A stretch of DNA of 64,000 nt from Heptranchias perlo (lineage: Eukaryota), in assembly GCF_035084215.1 (NCBI RefSeq), contig NC_090340.1, positions 2,790,001-2,854,000 on the forward strand, in the 5' to 3' direction. Position 1 is the stretch's first letter, and each line of letters starts with the position of its first letter. A program made the translations under genes and the position numbers. Below, in pieces: positions 1 through 11,420 of the stretch. The notes below the pieces were generated by a model that worked only from the letters and a program-made list of their open reading frames with translations, was not told the DNA's origin and did no database searches.

Positions 1-2452
1 TCAACAAGACATCCCAACTCCTGCATTCAATGTTCTGACCAATGAAACCAAGCATGCTGAATGCCTTCTTCACCACCCTATCCACCTGTGACTCCACTTT
101 CAAGGAGCTATGAATCTGTACTCCGAGATCTCTTTGTTCTATAACTCTCCCCAACGCCCTACCATTAACGGAGTAGGTCCTGGCCCGATTCGATCTACCA
201 AAATGCATCACCTCACATTTATCTAAATTAAACTCCATCTGCCATTCATCGGCCCACTGGCCCAATTTATCAAGATCCCGCTGCAATCCCAGATAACCCT
301 CCTCACTGTCCACAATGCCACCAATCTTGGTGTCATCCGCAAACTTACTAACCATGCCTCCTAAATTCTCATCCAAATCATTAATATAAATAACAAATAA
401 CAGCGGACCCAGCACCGATCCCTGAGGCACACCGCTGGAAACAGGCATCCAGTTTGAAAAACAACCCTCGACAACCACCCTCTGTCTTCTGTCGTCAAGC
501 CAATTTTGTATCCAATTGGCTACCTCACCTTGGATCCCATGAGATTTAACCTTATGTAACAACCTACCATGCGGTACCTTGTCAAATGCTTTGCTGAAGT
601 CCATGTAGACCACGTCTACTGCACAGCCCTCATCTATCTTCTTGGTTACCCCTTCAAAAAACTCAATCAAATTCGTGAGACATGATTTTCCTCTCACAAA
701 ACCATGCTGACTGTTCCTAATTAGTCCCTGCCTCTCCAAATGCCTGTAGATTCTATCCCTCAGAATACCCTCTAACAACTTACCCACTACAGATGTCAGG
801 CTCACTGGTCTGTAGTTCCCAGGCTTTTCCCTGCCGCCCTTCTTAAACAAAGGCACAACATTTGCTACCCTCCAATCTTCAGGCACCTCACCTGTAGCGG
901 TGGATGATTCAAATATCTCTGCTAGGGGACCCGCAATTTCCTCCCTAACCTCCCATAACGTCCTGGGATACATTTCATCAGGTCCCGGAGATTTATCTAC
1001 CTTGATGCGCGTTAAGACTTCCAGCACCTCCCTCTCTGTAATATGTACACTCCTCAAGACATCACTATTTATTTCCCCAAGTTCCCTAACATCCATGCCT
1101 TTCTCAACCGTAAATACCGATGTGAAATATTCATTCAGGATCTCACCCATCTCTTGTGGTTCCGCACATAGATGACCTTGTTGATCCTTAAGAGGCCCTA
1201 CTCTCTCCCTAGTTACCCTTTTGCCCTTTATGTATTTGTAGAATCTCTTTGGATTCACCTTTGCCTGATCTGCCAAAGCAATCTCATATCCCCTTTTTGC
1301 CCTCCTGATTTCTCTCTTAACTCTACTCCGGCAATCTCTATACTCTTCAAGGGATCCACTTGATCCCAGCTGCCTATGCATGTCATATGCCTCCTTCTTA
1401 TTTTTGACTAGTGCCTCAATCTCCCGAGTCATCCAAGGTTCCCTACTTCTACCAGCCTTGCCCTTCACTTTATAAGGAATGTGCTTACACTGAACCCTGG
1501 TTAACACACTTTTGAAAGCCTCCCACTTACCAGACGTCCCTTTGCCTGCCAACAGACTCTCCCAATCAACTTCTGAAAGTTCCTGTCTAATAGCATCAAA
1601 ATTGGCCTTTCCCCAATTTAGAATTTTAACTTTTGGGCCAGACCTATCCTTCTCCATAGCTATCTTAAAACTAATGGAATTATGATCACTGGTCCCAAAG
1701 TGATCCCTCACTAACACTTCTGTCACCTGCCCTTCCTTATTTCCCAAGAGGAGGTCAAGTTTTGCCCCCTCTCTAGTCGGGCCATCCACATACTGAATGA
1801 GAAATTCCTCCTGAATACACTCAACAAATTTCTCTCCATCCAAGCCCCTAATGCTATGGCTGTCCCAGTCAATGTTGGGAAAGTTAAAGTCCCCTACTAT
1901 TACCACCCTATTTTTCTTGCAGCTGTCTGTAATCTCCTTACATATTTGCTCCTCAATTTCCCGTTGACTATTTGGGGGTCTGTAGTACAATCCTATCAAA
2001 GTGATCTCTCCCTTCTTATTTTTCAGTTCTACCCATATGGACTCAGTGGGCGAACCCTCGGATATATCCCCTCTCACTACTGCCGTGATGTTCTCCCTAA
2101 TCAAGAACGCAACTCCCCCTCCTCTCTTACCTCCTGCTCTATCTTTCCTATAGCATCTGTACCCTGGAACATTGAGCTGCCAGTCCTGCCCCTCCCTTAG
2201 CCATGTTTCAGTAATAGCTATAACATCCCAGTCCCATGTACCCATCCATGCCCTGAGTTCATCTGCTTTGCCCATCAGACTTCTTGCATTGAAATAAATG
2301 CAGTTTAATCTAGTCTTCCCTTGGTCTTTGCCCTGCTTTCTCAGACCATCTGTCCGGTCATGTTCTGTACACTCTCCCTTACTGCCTTTTGTTTCTGTCA
2401 CCACTTTATTTCCCACTGACTTCCTGCATCGGTTCCCATCCCCCTGCCACAT
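1..2452 (-). CDS. LINE ORF2, AP-endonuclease/reverse transcriptase (partial, runs off the window edge)
   Basis: ATG at 2452-2450 reads MWQGDGN...NCIYFNARSL...VIAITETWL. The SKFADD RT motif near 343 is in the same frame. The ORF track lists no minus-strand ORF here, consistent with an unbroken frame open to the edge. Confidence 0.88.
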   Translation of the reverse strand, partial: MWQGDGNRCRKSVGNKVVTETKGSKGECTEHDRTDGLRKQGKDQGKTRLNCIYFNARSLMGKADELRAWMGTWDWDVIAITETWLREGQDWQLNVPGYRCYRKDRAGGKRGGGVAFLIRENITAVVRGDISEGSPTESIWVELKNKKGEITLIGLYYRPPNSQREIEEQICKEITDSCKKNRVVIVGDFNFPNIDWDSHSIRGLDGEKFVECIQEEFLIQYVDGPTREGAKLDLLLGNKEGQVTEVLVRDHFGTSDHNSISFKIAMEKDRSGPKVKILNWGKANFDAIRQELSEVDWESLLAGKGTSGKWEAFKSVLTRVQCKHIPYKVKGKAGRSREPWMTREIEALVKNKKEAYDMHRQLGSSGSLEEYRDCRSRVKREIRRAKRGYEIALADQAKVNPKRFYKYIKGKRVTRERVGPLKDQQGHLCAEPQEMGEILNEYFTSVFTVEKGMDVRELGEINSDVLRSVHITEREVLEVLTRIKVDKSPGPDEMYPRTLWEVREEIAGPLAEIFESSTATGEVPEDWRVANVVPLFKKGGREKPGNYRPVSLTSVVGKLLEGILRDRIYRHLERQGLIRNSQHGFVRGKSCLTNLIEFFEGVTKKIDEGCAVDVVYMDFSKAFDKVPHGRLLHKVKSHGIQGEVANWIQNWLDDRRQRVVVEGCFSNWMPVSSGVPQGSVLGPLLFVIYINDLDENLGGMVSKFADDTKIGGIVDSEEGYLGLQRDLDKLGQWADEWQMEFNLDKCEVMHFGRSNRARTYSVNGRALGRVIEQRDLGVQIHSSLKVESQVDRVVKKAFSMLGFIGQNIECRSWDVLL

Positions 2453-3399
2453 TAGTTTAAACCCTCCCCAACAGCACTAGCAAACACTCCCCCTAGGACA
2501 TTGGTTCCAGTCCTGCCCAGATGCAGACCGTCCAAATTGTACTGGTCCCACCTCCCCCAGAACCGGTTCCAATGGCCCAGGAATTTGAATCCCTCCCTCT
2601 TGCACCATCTCTCAAGCCACGTATTCATCTTAGCTATCCTGTCATTCCTACTCTGACTAGCCCGTGGCACTGGTAGCAATCCTGAGATTACTACCTTTGA
2701 GGTCCTACTCTTTAGTTTAACTCCTAACTCCCTAAATTCAGCTTGTAGGACCTCATCCTGTTTTTTACCTATATCGTTGGTGCCTATATGCACCACGACA
2801 ACTGGCTGTTCACCCTCCCCCTCCAGAATGTCCTGCAGCCGCTCCGAGACATCCTTGACCCTTGCACCAGGGAGGCAACATACCATCCTGGAGTCTCGGT
2901 TGCGTCCGCAGAAACGCCTGTCTATTCCCCTTACAATCGAGTCCCCTATCACTATAGCTCTGCCACTCTTTTTCCTGCCCTCCTGTGCAGCAGAGCCAGC
3001 CACGGTGCCATGAACCTGGCCACTGCCACCTTCCCCTGGTGAGCCATCTCCGCCAACAGTATCCAAAACGGTATACCTGTTTTGGAGGGAGATGACCGCA
3101 GGGGACCCCTGCACTGCCTTCCTACTCTTCCTCTGTCTGTTGGTCACCCATTCACTATCTCCCTCAGTAATTTTTATCTGCGGTGTGACCAACTCACTGA
3201 ACGTGCTATCCACGACTTTCTCAGCATCGCGGATGCTCCAAAGTGAGTCCATCCGCAGCTCCAGAGCCGTCAAGCGGTCAAACAATAGCTGCAGCTGGAC
3301 ACACTTCCCGCAGGTGAAGGAATCAGGGATACAGGAAGGAGCCCTGAATTCCCACATCCCACAAGAGGAACATGACACGGCGCTGGGATCTCCTGCCAT
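2452..3399 (-). CDS. CR1 ORF1p: N-terminal Cys-rich zinc finger, coiled coil and SGNH/GDSL-type esterase domain
   Basis: 315 aa. CxxC...CxxC, heptad LLFDRLTALELRMDSL, and esterase blocks VIGDSIV, PGA, HIGTND and DGLH. Confidence 0.92.
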   Translation of the reverse strand: MAGDPSAVSCSSCGMWEFRAPSCIPDSFTCGKCVQLQLLFDRLTALELRMDSLWSIRDAEKVVDSTFSELVTPQIKITEGDSEWVTNRQRKSRKAVQGSPAVISLQNRYTVLDTVGGDGSPGEGGSGQVHGTVAGSAAQEGRKKSGRAIVIGDSIVRGIDRRFCGRNRDSRMVCCLPGARVKDVSERLQDILEGEGEQPVVVVHIGTNDIGKKQDEVLQAEFRELGVKLKSRTSKVVISGLLPVPRASQSRNDRIAKMNTWLERWCKREGFKFLGHWNRFWGRWDQYNLDGLHLGRTGTNVLGGVFASAVGEGLN

Positions 3400-3712
3400 G
3401 ACTTAACCCTTAAATTAGCTTAAGAACAACTACAATGTCAAGAGAAAAAAAAAGGAAAGAAAAACTACTTACCACTCCCTTTAAGGAGTTTACTCCTTTA
3501 AATTGTTCTCAATTTAGAGAATGTTAACTACACTAGGGACCTTGATTCACTAAAAAATAAATGCTACTTCCTATAAGACCTGCAGACCTTCCCTTTCCTT
3601 TTACTTCAGTTACTGTCGATAAGTAGAAATACTCACCTGAACCTACTCACCAATCAGGTGCCTCCCCTGTGTCGCGTCCCGATCTGATTCCTGACGTCAC
3701 TTCGAACTCGGT

Positions 3713-4560
3713 CGCAGCTCCGCTCGGCTCGGCTCCTCTCAGCGCTCTGAAATCCCGCCTTTTATCGGACCCTCTCTCCGCTCGGCTCGGCTCCTCTCAG
3801 CTGTTCTCAGCGCTCTGAAATCCCGCCTTTTATCGGACGCTCCCTCCGCTCGGCTCGGCTCCTCTCAACGCTCTGAAATCCCGCCTTTTATCGGACGCTC
3901 CCTCAGCTCCGCTCCTCTCAGCTGTTCTCAGCGCTCTGAAATCCCGCCTTTTATCGGACGCTCCCTCCGCTCGGCTCGGCTCCTCTCAGCGCTCTGAAAT
4001 CCCGCCTTTTATCGGACGCTCCCTCCGCTCGGCTCGGCTCCTCTCAGCTGTTCTCAGCGCTCTGAAATCCCGCCTTTTATCGGACGCTCCCTCCGCTCGG
4101 CTCGGCTCCTCTCAGCTGTTCTCAGCGCTCTGAAATCCCGCCTTTTATCGGACGCTCCCTCCGCTGGGCTCGGCTCCTCTCAGCTGTTCTCAGCGCTCTG
4201 AAATCCCGCCTTTTATCGGACGCTCCCTCCGCTCGGCTCGGCTCCTCTCAGCGCTCTGAAATCCCGCCTTTTATCGGACGCTCCCTCCGCTCGGCTCGGC
4301 TCCTCTCAGCTGTTCTCAGCGCTCTGAAATCCCGCCTTTTATCGGACGCTCCCTCCGCTCGGCTCGGCTCCTCTCAGCGCTCTGAAATCCCGCCTTTTAT
4401 CGGACGCTCCCTCCGCTCGGCTCGGCTCCTCTCAGCTGCACTCAGCGCTCTGAAATCCCGCCTTTTATCGGACGCTCCCTCCGCTCCGCTCGGCTCCTCT
4501 CAACGCTCTGAAATCCCGCCTTTTATCGGACGCTCCCTCCGCTCGGCTCGGCTCCTCTCA
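3713..4560 (-). repeat. Tandem array of 13 near-identical 58/68-bp GC-rich monomers at the LINE 5' end
   Basis: TCTGAAATCCCGCC recurs at 3746, 3814, 3872, 3935, 3993, 4061, 4129, 4197, 4255, 4323, 4381, 4449 and 4507. Long units carry an extra 10 bp (typically CTGTTCTCAG); one unit is 63 bp. Confidence 0.97.
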
Positions 4561-4645
4561 TTTTGTTTTCAAGTCACTGGTGTGGGACTTGAATCCGAAA
4601 CCTTCTGACTCGGAGGCGAGTGTGGTCCCATTGAGCCACGGCTGA
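4561..4645 (-). mobile_element. tRNA-derived head of a Deu-domain (SacSINE1-like) SINE, cut off by the LINE
   Basis: Reverse complement reads TCAGCCGTGGCTCAATGG...GAGTCAGAAGG...GGATTCAAGTCCCACACCAG, with A-box and B-box-like motifs. Confidence 0.75.
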
Positions 4646-5139
4646 AATAATCTCCGACAGGTGTGCAAGAGGACAGAGAGACACCAGATTCATTGACGCA
4701 GCTGTGGAAGTGATCTGCGGGATTCCGTTGCACAGAAGAGAGCAGGGCCCGAAAGAGAGAGGGACAGGGACAATAGAAGGAGGTTGCTAGGACAGCCAGT
4801 ACCTAAATATCCACCAATTCCCAACAATGAAGTGCAGGAAGAAGTTAAATGTCCTTAGAAGATGAGCCAAGATAAGAGGAACGTGCCACAACCTACAACA
4901 AAGGGATCCACTAAGAACGCTTACCAATTACAGTGCCTTACTTTAGCTCTGCGTTGCACTATTTCAATTGATTTCCTTAATTCTCAGAAAGCATCATGGG
5001 ACCCTTACACTCTATTCTTCCTCTGCGAGTGTTGATTGACTGAGAGCATTACACGAACAACCACAAGTTGCATTTATACAGTGCTTTTAACGTAGGATTG
5101 AGAGGATATGGGGTTTGAAGCACATTACGGGATCAAATA

Positions 5140-5950
5140 GAACGTTGAGGTTGTGGCCACTCTGTTTCAGCCTGTGAAAGTGGCTTGAAAACATATCATG
5201 GCGAATAGAGAACAAATGGCTAGGCTGTTGGTAGTTTTAAAATGTAATTGTGGGAGACGTTTGGGAAAGTTCTTTCTGGAGTTGAATGCAGAAGGAAGTG
5301 GATTCGAAGGGGTAAATAGAATGTGAGTGGTGAGGGATACAAGGAAGTGATCAGAATTGGCTTGATCTGTGATTGAGTTGATGGGATAAGAGAGAGCCCA
5401 TGAGATGGCAAGGTGGAGGGGATGGCCGCGAATATGAGTAGGAGAGTTTACATGAAGGGAGATGTGAGGGCAGAAGGGTAGTGAACTTAGTGGAGAGAAG
5501 GCAAGGTTTGCTCAGATGGAAGTTTAAAATCACAAGGATGAGAAATCGATCGGTGCAGAGGCTGAGGGAGAAACCAAGTGAGGGCATCTCCGTGAGAAAC
5601 TTGGCATCGTACTTGGGCGGGCAGTAGACAATCAGGATTTTAAGGGCGGTGTGAGAGGGGTGGAACAAGGTGAGGTGCTCAAAGGAGGAGAAGGAGCCAG
5701 AGGAGTAGGGGAATGACAGAGGTGTGACTTGGTGATTAGGGTCATACCTCCACAACGACGGTCTGGGCGGGGCAAGTGTTGGAAGGTATAACCAGGCGTG
5801 GAATCTTCAGTATGGGGTATTATGTCAATTCACTCACCACAATAAGGTGTGAGCAAGATTGGAAGGAGGTTGGCAAGATTAGCCCACAGGGGGCGCGATG
5901 GGCAGCAAGGTTGCTGCAAAAGGAGGAAGCGGCATGTGGGTTACTGCTCA
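5140..5950 (-). mobile_element. Degraded L2-type LINE endonuclease fragment
   Basis: ORF 5351-5755 contains SFEHL...LIVYCPPK...LILVILNFHL, a decayed YRPP/GDFN endonuclease motif set. Confidence 0.7.
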
Positions 5951-6341
5951 AAAGGAGGCAACAACGGATACTTTAATGGGCCCTTCGCAAGAATGCCAAG
6001 ACTGACACAGAGGGAAGTTGCGGACTTATCCAAGAGGGAGTCAAGCCTGAATTAACGACAGAAGAGCAGGAACATAGAGGAATGGTGTAGGAATGGGGGG
6101 CGGGGTGGTGAGTGGGGGACGAATGGTGACATGATTGGAAGACAGGGAAGGGAGATGACAAGATAGAAGAGCGCAAGAGGGTTAAAGGGCAGAGAAAAAA
6201 AGCGAGATATAATTATGGACTCACGGTCGGAGCAGTAGCCAAAATGGGCGCGCGATTGGACATCGGGAAACTTAGGATACATAGCTATGGCAATGAGTGG
6301 ATTGGTATGTCCTAGTTTTAAACAGAGGATCGGGAGGAGAC

Positions 6342-6445
6342 AAACGGGCTGCCCGATTTGCTGTTGCAAGTTTGACAGTGCAATAGTGTCAAACTGGCAA
6401 TAGCAAATCGACAGCCCGTTTTGCATCCCCCCAATTTTTCTTTCC
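6342..6445. mobile_element. Palindromic MITE-like element
   Basis: AAACGGGCTG...GATTTGCTGTTGC...TTTGACA pairs with TGTCAAA...GCAATAGCAAATC...CAGCCCGTTT. Confidence 0.65.
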
Positions 6446-6799
6446 ATTGCGTTCAGTAAAAATAAAAAGCCTTGAAGCTTGAAACAACTCAAAAGACACC
6501 CGCATTGCGAATCTCATGACAGAGGCCTTAAGGACAGTCTGTTGTTCCAGGGTTCATCAGACATCTGCAGAAAAGCCTGGGACTGTAAACAGATGATGAT
6601 ATTGTCCTGCAGGATGGCAGGACATGTGACTCCTCTAGCCAGAATCCTAAATTGCCTTCCAGTGACAAAAGAATACAAGTTCAGGCTGCCACTGAAGCAG
6701 CACGAGAGAGGCAGCTTATGGCAGGTACATCACAGGACTCAATTGCCACGAAACGAAGGCCACTTCAGGTCAGAAGGTTCCAATAGCAATGGATAAACC

Positions 6800-8150
6800 A
6801 GTTACCTCATGAAATCCAGCTGCTTATTCAAACTTATTGAATTTTTTGAAGAAGTTACAAAAAGCATAGACAAGGTTAATGTAGTAGATGTAATATATTT
6901 AGATTTTCAAAAGGCCCACAATAAGGTACGGCATAGTAGGCACATGATTAATTTCAGGGCACATGGAGTCAGGGGTCAGGTAGCAGAATGGATAGCAAGC
7001 TGATTACAAACAGAAAACAAAGAGCAGGGGTTAATGGTAGCTACTCAGACTTGCAAATTATGGAAAATGATATTCCACAGAGACCGGTTTTAGGAACACG
7101 GTTGTTTAGAATATATGAATTGGACTCGGGAATAAGATGTACAACTTCAAAATTTGTGGAGGATACCAAATTTTTGGGGGGGTGGCAGGATGGTGGTGTG
7201 AGGGAGTAGTTAATATAGAGGAAAAATGTGACAAAATGGAAGAAGACATTAATAAACTTGCAGAATGAGCCTGTAATTGGCAAATTAATTTCAATATAGA
7301 TAAGTGTGAGATAGTACATTTTGGTAGGAAGAATAAGTATACCACATACTCCATGGAAAATAGGAGACTAAATTGGGTACATGAACAAAGGGGTCTAGAC
7401 GTACAGATACAGCAATCACTAACCTTAATGACGCAGGTTAAGAATGACTTACAAAAAGCAAACAAAGTACTGGGACTCATTTCCAGAGCGATAGAATTGA
7501 AAATCAGAGAAGTTATGTTAAACTTGTATAGAACTTTAGTTAGGCCACAGTTAGAGTATTGTGCACAGTTCTGGTCTCCATCTGATAAAAAGGTTATAAA
7601 AGCATTGGAGAAGGTGCAAAAAATATTTGCAAGGTTGAGGCCAGAACTGAGAGGTTATCTTTATCAGGCAGATTGAACAGCCGGGGCGCTTTTCCCTCGA
7701 AAAGATAAGGCTGAGGGGTAACCTGATAGAGGTCTTTAATCTAATGAAAGGGATTCATAGGGTAGACATAGAGAACATGTTTCTACTTGTTGGGGAATCT
7801 AAAACTAGATGTCATGAATATAAGATAGTCACTAATAATCGCAATAGCTAATTCAGGAGAATCTTCTTTACCCAAAGAGCGATACAAATGTGGAATGCAC
7901 AAGGAATAGTTGAATAAAATAGCATAGGGGTATTAAAGGGTAAGCTAGATAACCACACGAGGAAAAAAACAATAGACACGATGATCCGAATTGCCTCCTC
8001 CTGAGCCGTAATTTTTTCAGAATCTTTGATAGGCTGTTAGCGTTAGATGGAAAGGGTGCGGGAGGCTCTTCCGGAAGATAAATGCTGGCATGGTCCAGGG
8101 AGGCTTACCGGTGTGTTTTATTGTGCTGAAGACGCTATATAACTCTATGT
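6800..8150 (+). mobile_element. Degraded, 5'-truncated CR1 (RT and 3' region)
   Basis: Fragments KSSCLFKLIEFFEEVT...YLDFQKA and LYRTLVRPQLEYCAQFWSP lie in broken frames. Confidence 0.85.
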
Positions 8151-8199
8151 GGTGGAGCTAGCATCTAGCAGAACCACTTGGAAAGGCTTACAAACATAT

Positions 8200-10695
8200 T
8201 CTTAACCAGTACATTTCCGGCCCAACGAGGAAGGAGGCTTGGCTGGACTTGGTTCTGGGGAATGAGGTGGGCCAAGTGCAGCAAGTATCATTGGGAGAGC
8301 ATTTAGGAAGCAGCGATCATAGTATGATAAGGTTTAGAATAGCTATGGAAAAGGACCACTCTAAAGTAAAAATACTCAACTGGAGGAGGGCCAATTTCAG
8401 TCATATGAGAACAGTGGGTGAATTGGAATCATAGATTGGTAGGCAAAACTGTAATCGAACAGTGGGCGGCTTTTAAGGAGGAGATGGTTCAGGTACAGTC
8501 TAGGCAGAGAGATAACACAACTAAAGCCAGAGCTCCCTGGATGACAAAAAGAGATAGTGAGTAAGATGCTACGGAAAAAAGGGGCGTCTGACAGATGTCA
8601 GGTTGATAACACAAGTGAGAATCAGGTAGAATATGGAAAGTTCAGAGGGGAAGTGAAAAAGGAAATCAGAGGGGCAAAGAGAGAGCATGAGAATAGACTG
8701 GTGGTCAACATAAAAGGGAATCTAAAAGTCTTCAACAGGTATGCAAAAAATAAACGGGTAATAAGAGGAGGAATGGGGCCAATTAGGCTCCATAAATGAG
8801 ATCTACTTATGGAGGCAGGGGGGATGGCTGAGGTAATAAATGAATACTTTGCATCTGTCTTTACCAAGGAAGAAGATGCTGCCAGAGTATCAGTAAAGGA
8901 AGCTAATGTTGAGATACTGAATGGGCTAAAAATTGATAAAGAACGGGTACTTGAAATGCTATCTGTACTTAAAGTAGATAAGTCACCCGGTCAGGATGGG
9001 ATGCATCCTAGGTTGCTCAGGGAAGTAAGGGTGGAAATTACGGAAGTACTGGCCATAATCTTCCAAACATCCGTAGATACGGGGATGGTGTCGGAAGACT
9101 GGAGAATTGCAAATGTTACACACTTGTTCAAAAAAGAGTGCAAGGACAAATCCAGCAACTATAGGCCAGTCAGTTTAACCTCATTTGTGGGGAAACATTT
9201 AGAAACGATAATCCAGGAAAGAATTAACTGTCGCTTGGACGAGGATGGATTGATTAGGGAACGCCAGCACGGATTTGTTAAAGGCAATTCGTGTTTAACT
9301 AACCTGATAGAGTTTTTTGATGAGGTGACAGAGAGGACAGATAAGTGCAATGCAGTTGATGTGGTGTATATGAACTTTCTAAAGGCGTTTGATAAAGTCC
9401 GCACGGTAGGCTTATCATCGAGATTGCGGCCCATGGAATAAAGGGGGCAGTAGCTACATGGATACAGAATTGGCTAAGGGACACGAAACAGCGAGTAGTG
9501 GTGAACGATTGTTTCTTTGACTGGAGGGAGGTGTACAGTGGTGTTCCCCAGGGGTCAGTGCTGGGACCACTGCTCTTCTTGATATATATTAATAACTTGG
9601 GTGTATAGTGAACTATTTCAAAATTTTCAAATGGCACAAAACTTGGAAGGGTAGTAAACAGCGAGGAGGATAATTATGGACTTCAAGAGGATATAGACAG
9701 GTTGGTGGTATGGGGGGACACATGGCAGATGAAATTTAATGCAGAAAAATGCGAAGTGATACATCTCAATAGTTACGCGACCCCCGAGCAGGCTACGGAC
9801 CAAATGCTGGAATATGGGATTAGAGTAGACAGGGCTGATGGCCGGCGCGGACACGATGGGCCGAAGGGCCTCTATCCGTGCTGTATAACTCTATGACTCT
9901 ATGACTCTGTGACTGTCTCGGTAGGAAGAACGAGGAGAGGCAATATGAACTGGAGGGCACAACTCTAAACGGGCTACAGGAACAGAGAGATATGGCGGTA
10001 TATGTGCACAAATCGCCGAAGATGGAATGGCAGGTTTAGAAAGTGGTTAGAAAAGCATACAGGATCCTGGGCTTTATAAATAGACGCGAGAGTACAAAAT
10101 AATGGAAGTCATGATGAAACTTTATAAAACACTGATTCGGCCACAACTGGAGTATTGTGTCCAATTCTGGGCACTGAACTTCAGGAAAGATGTGAAGGTC
10201 TTAGAAAGGGTGCAGATGAGATTAACTAGAATATTTCCAGGGATGAGGAACTTTAGTTACGTGGGTAGATTGAAGAAGCTGGGGTTGTTCTCCTTGGAAC
10301 AGATATGGTTGCAACGACATTTGATAGAGGTATTCAAAATCATGAAGGGTCTAGATAGAGTAGATAAAGAGAAACTGTTCCCATTGGTGGAAGGATCAAA
10401 AACAAGGGTTTAAGGTGATTGGCAAAAGCACCAACTGTGACATGAGGATAAACATTTTTACACAGCGAGTGGTTAGGATCTGGAATGCACTGCCCGAAGG
10501 AGTGGTGAAGGCAGATTCAATCATGGCCTTCAAAAAGAAACTGGATAAGAACTTGAAAGGTAAACAATTGCAGGGCTATGGAGAAAGAGCGGGGGAGTGG
10601 GACTAGCTGAATTGCTCTTGTATAGAGCCGGCGTAGACTTGATGGGCCGAATGGCTTCCTTCCGTGCTGTAACCTTTCTATGATTCTATGATTCT
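8200..10695 (+). mobile_element. Degraded CR1 ORF2 with 3' tail
   Basis: [37 protein letters not shown]-like and RPQLEYCVQFW; ends in (TTCTATGA)n. Confidence 0.9.
9768..9915 (+). mobile_element. Very short CR1 3'-tail insertion nested in the older CR1
   Basis: Interrupts the host CEVIHFGRKN codons, ends in (CTCTATGA)n, is flanked by TCTC repeats and matches the 3' end of the 63459-64000 copy. Confidence 0.8.
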
Positions 10696-10999
10696 TTATG
10701 CACTACCACCAATGGAGAATCGCGGCACCAAGGTGTATTGGTCATGGACACAGAATAGGTTTCCATTAAAAGTATGGTCGCAGTGAAGCTACTGTGCTAC
10801 GGACATTCTTTCAAGTTTGGAAGTTGTTTTCATCAGGTGGCACATGTTATGTGTCAGTGCGAAGTATGTTCACCTCTCGCTGCAGGTGTTGTTGTTGGAG
10901 TATGAGCCACTTGTCATAGAGTAGCACTCATGCAGCTTGACCTGCCTGGTATCGTTTGTTTGGCCCTCCTTTTTTCCAAGCATCCCGGACAGGTTGGTT

Positions 11000-11420
11000 A
11001 CCTTTGTGTTAGAAGGTCTTAATTTCAAAACCCTCAGCAAGATTTAAGCAAATAATTGAGGCTGACATGTCAGCACATTATTGAGGAAGTGATCCATTGT
11101 TAGAGATGTTTTGGATGTGACATATACTAAGGTCCTGTGTGCCTGTGCAAGTAATAGATCTAATGATACTATTGAAAAAAATAGTAGGGGAGTTCTGGTG
11201 CCCTGACCAATACTTATTCTTCAAACAACACCACGCAAACGGTTTAACTGATTATATATCTCGACTATTTGTGGACTCTTACTGAGGGCAACTTCTTTTG
11301 GTGAAATTGCCGATATGACAATAGCCATACTTCAAATGCAATTATTTGGCTGTGAAGCGCTTTGGGACGCCAGGAGAATGGAAAGGCCCCATTTAAATGC
11401 ATTTCGTTTCCCTCTTTCTT
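11000..11420 (+). mobile_element. Degraded Deu-domain SINE
   Basis: GGCTGACA...GGGAGTTCT...TTGGCTGTGAAGCGCTTTGGGACG...TAAATGCA. Confidence 0.6.

Larger units (their letters stand above)
1..4560 (-). mobile_element. CR1-clade LINE, 5'-complete (monomer array, 5'UTR, ORF1, ORF2); 3' end lies beyond the window start
   Basis: Minus strand carries, in order, a tandem GC-rich array (4560-3713), ORF1 (3399-2452) and ORF2 with endonuclease and RT motifs. Confidence 0.93.

Noticed and set aside
900-2480. Plus-strand ORFs over the LINE, and similar short antisense ORFs across the window
   Set aside because: They are shadow frames of LINE ORF2 with no independent domain signal.
2452-3399. Host GDSL lipase gene
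   Set aside because: It is intronless and abuts a LINE ORF2; esterase domains are known in CR1 ORF1p.
3713-4560. CRISPR-like appearance of the repeat array
   Set aside because: There are no unique spacers and no cas genes; the context is eukaryotic and the units are head-to-tail monomers.
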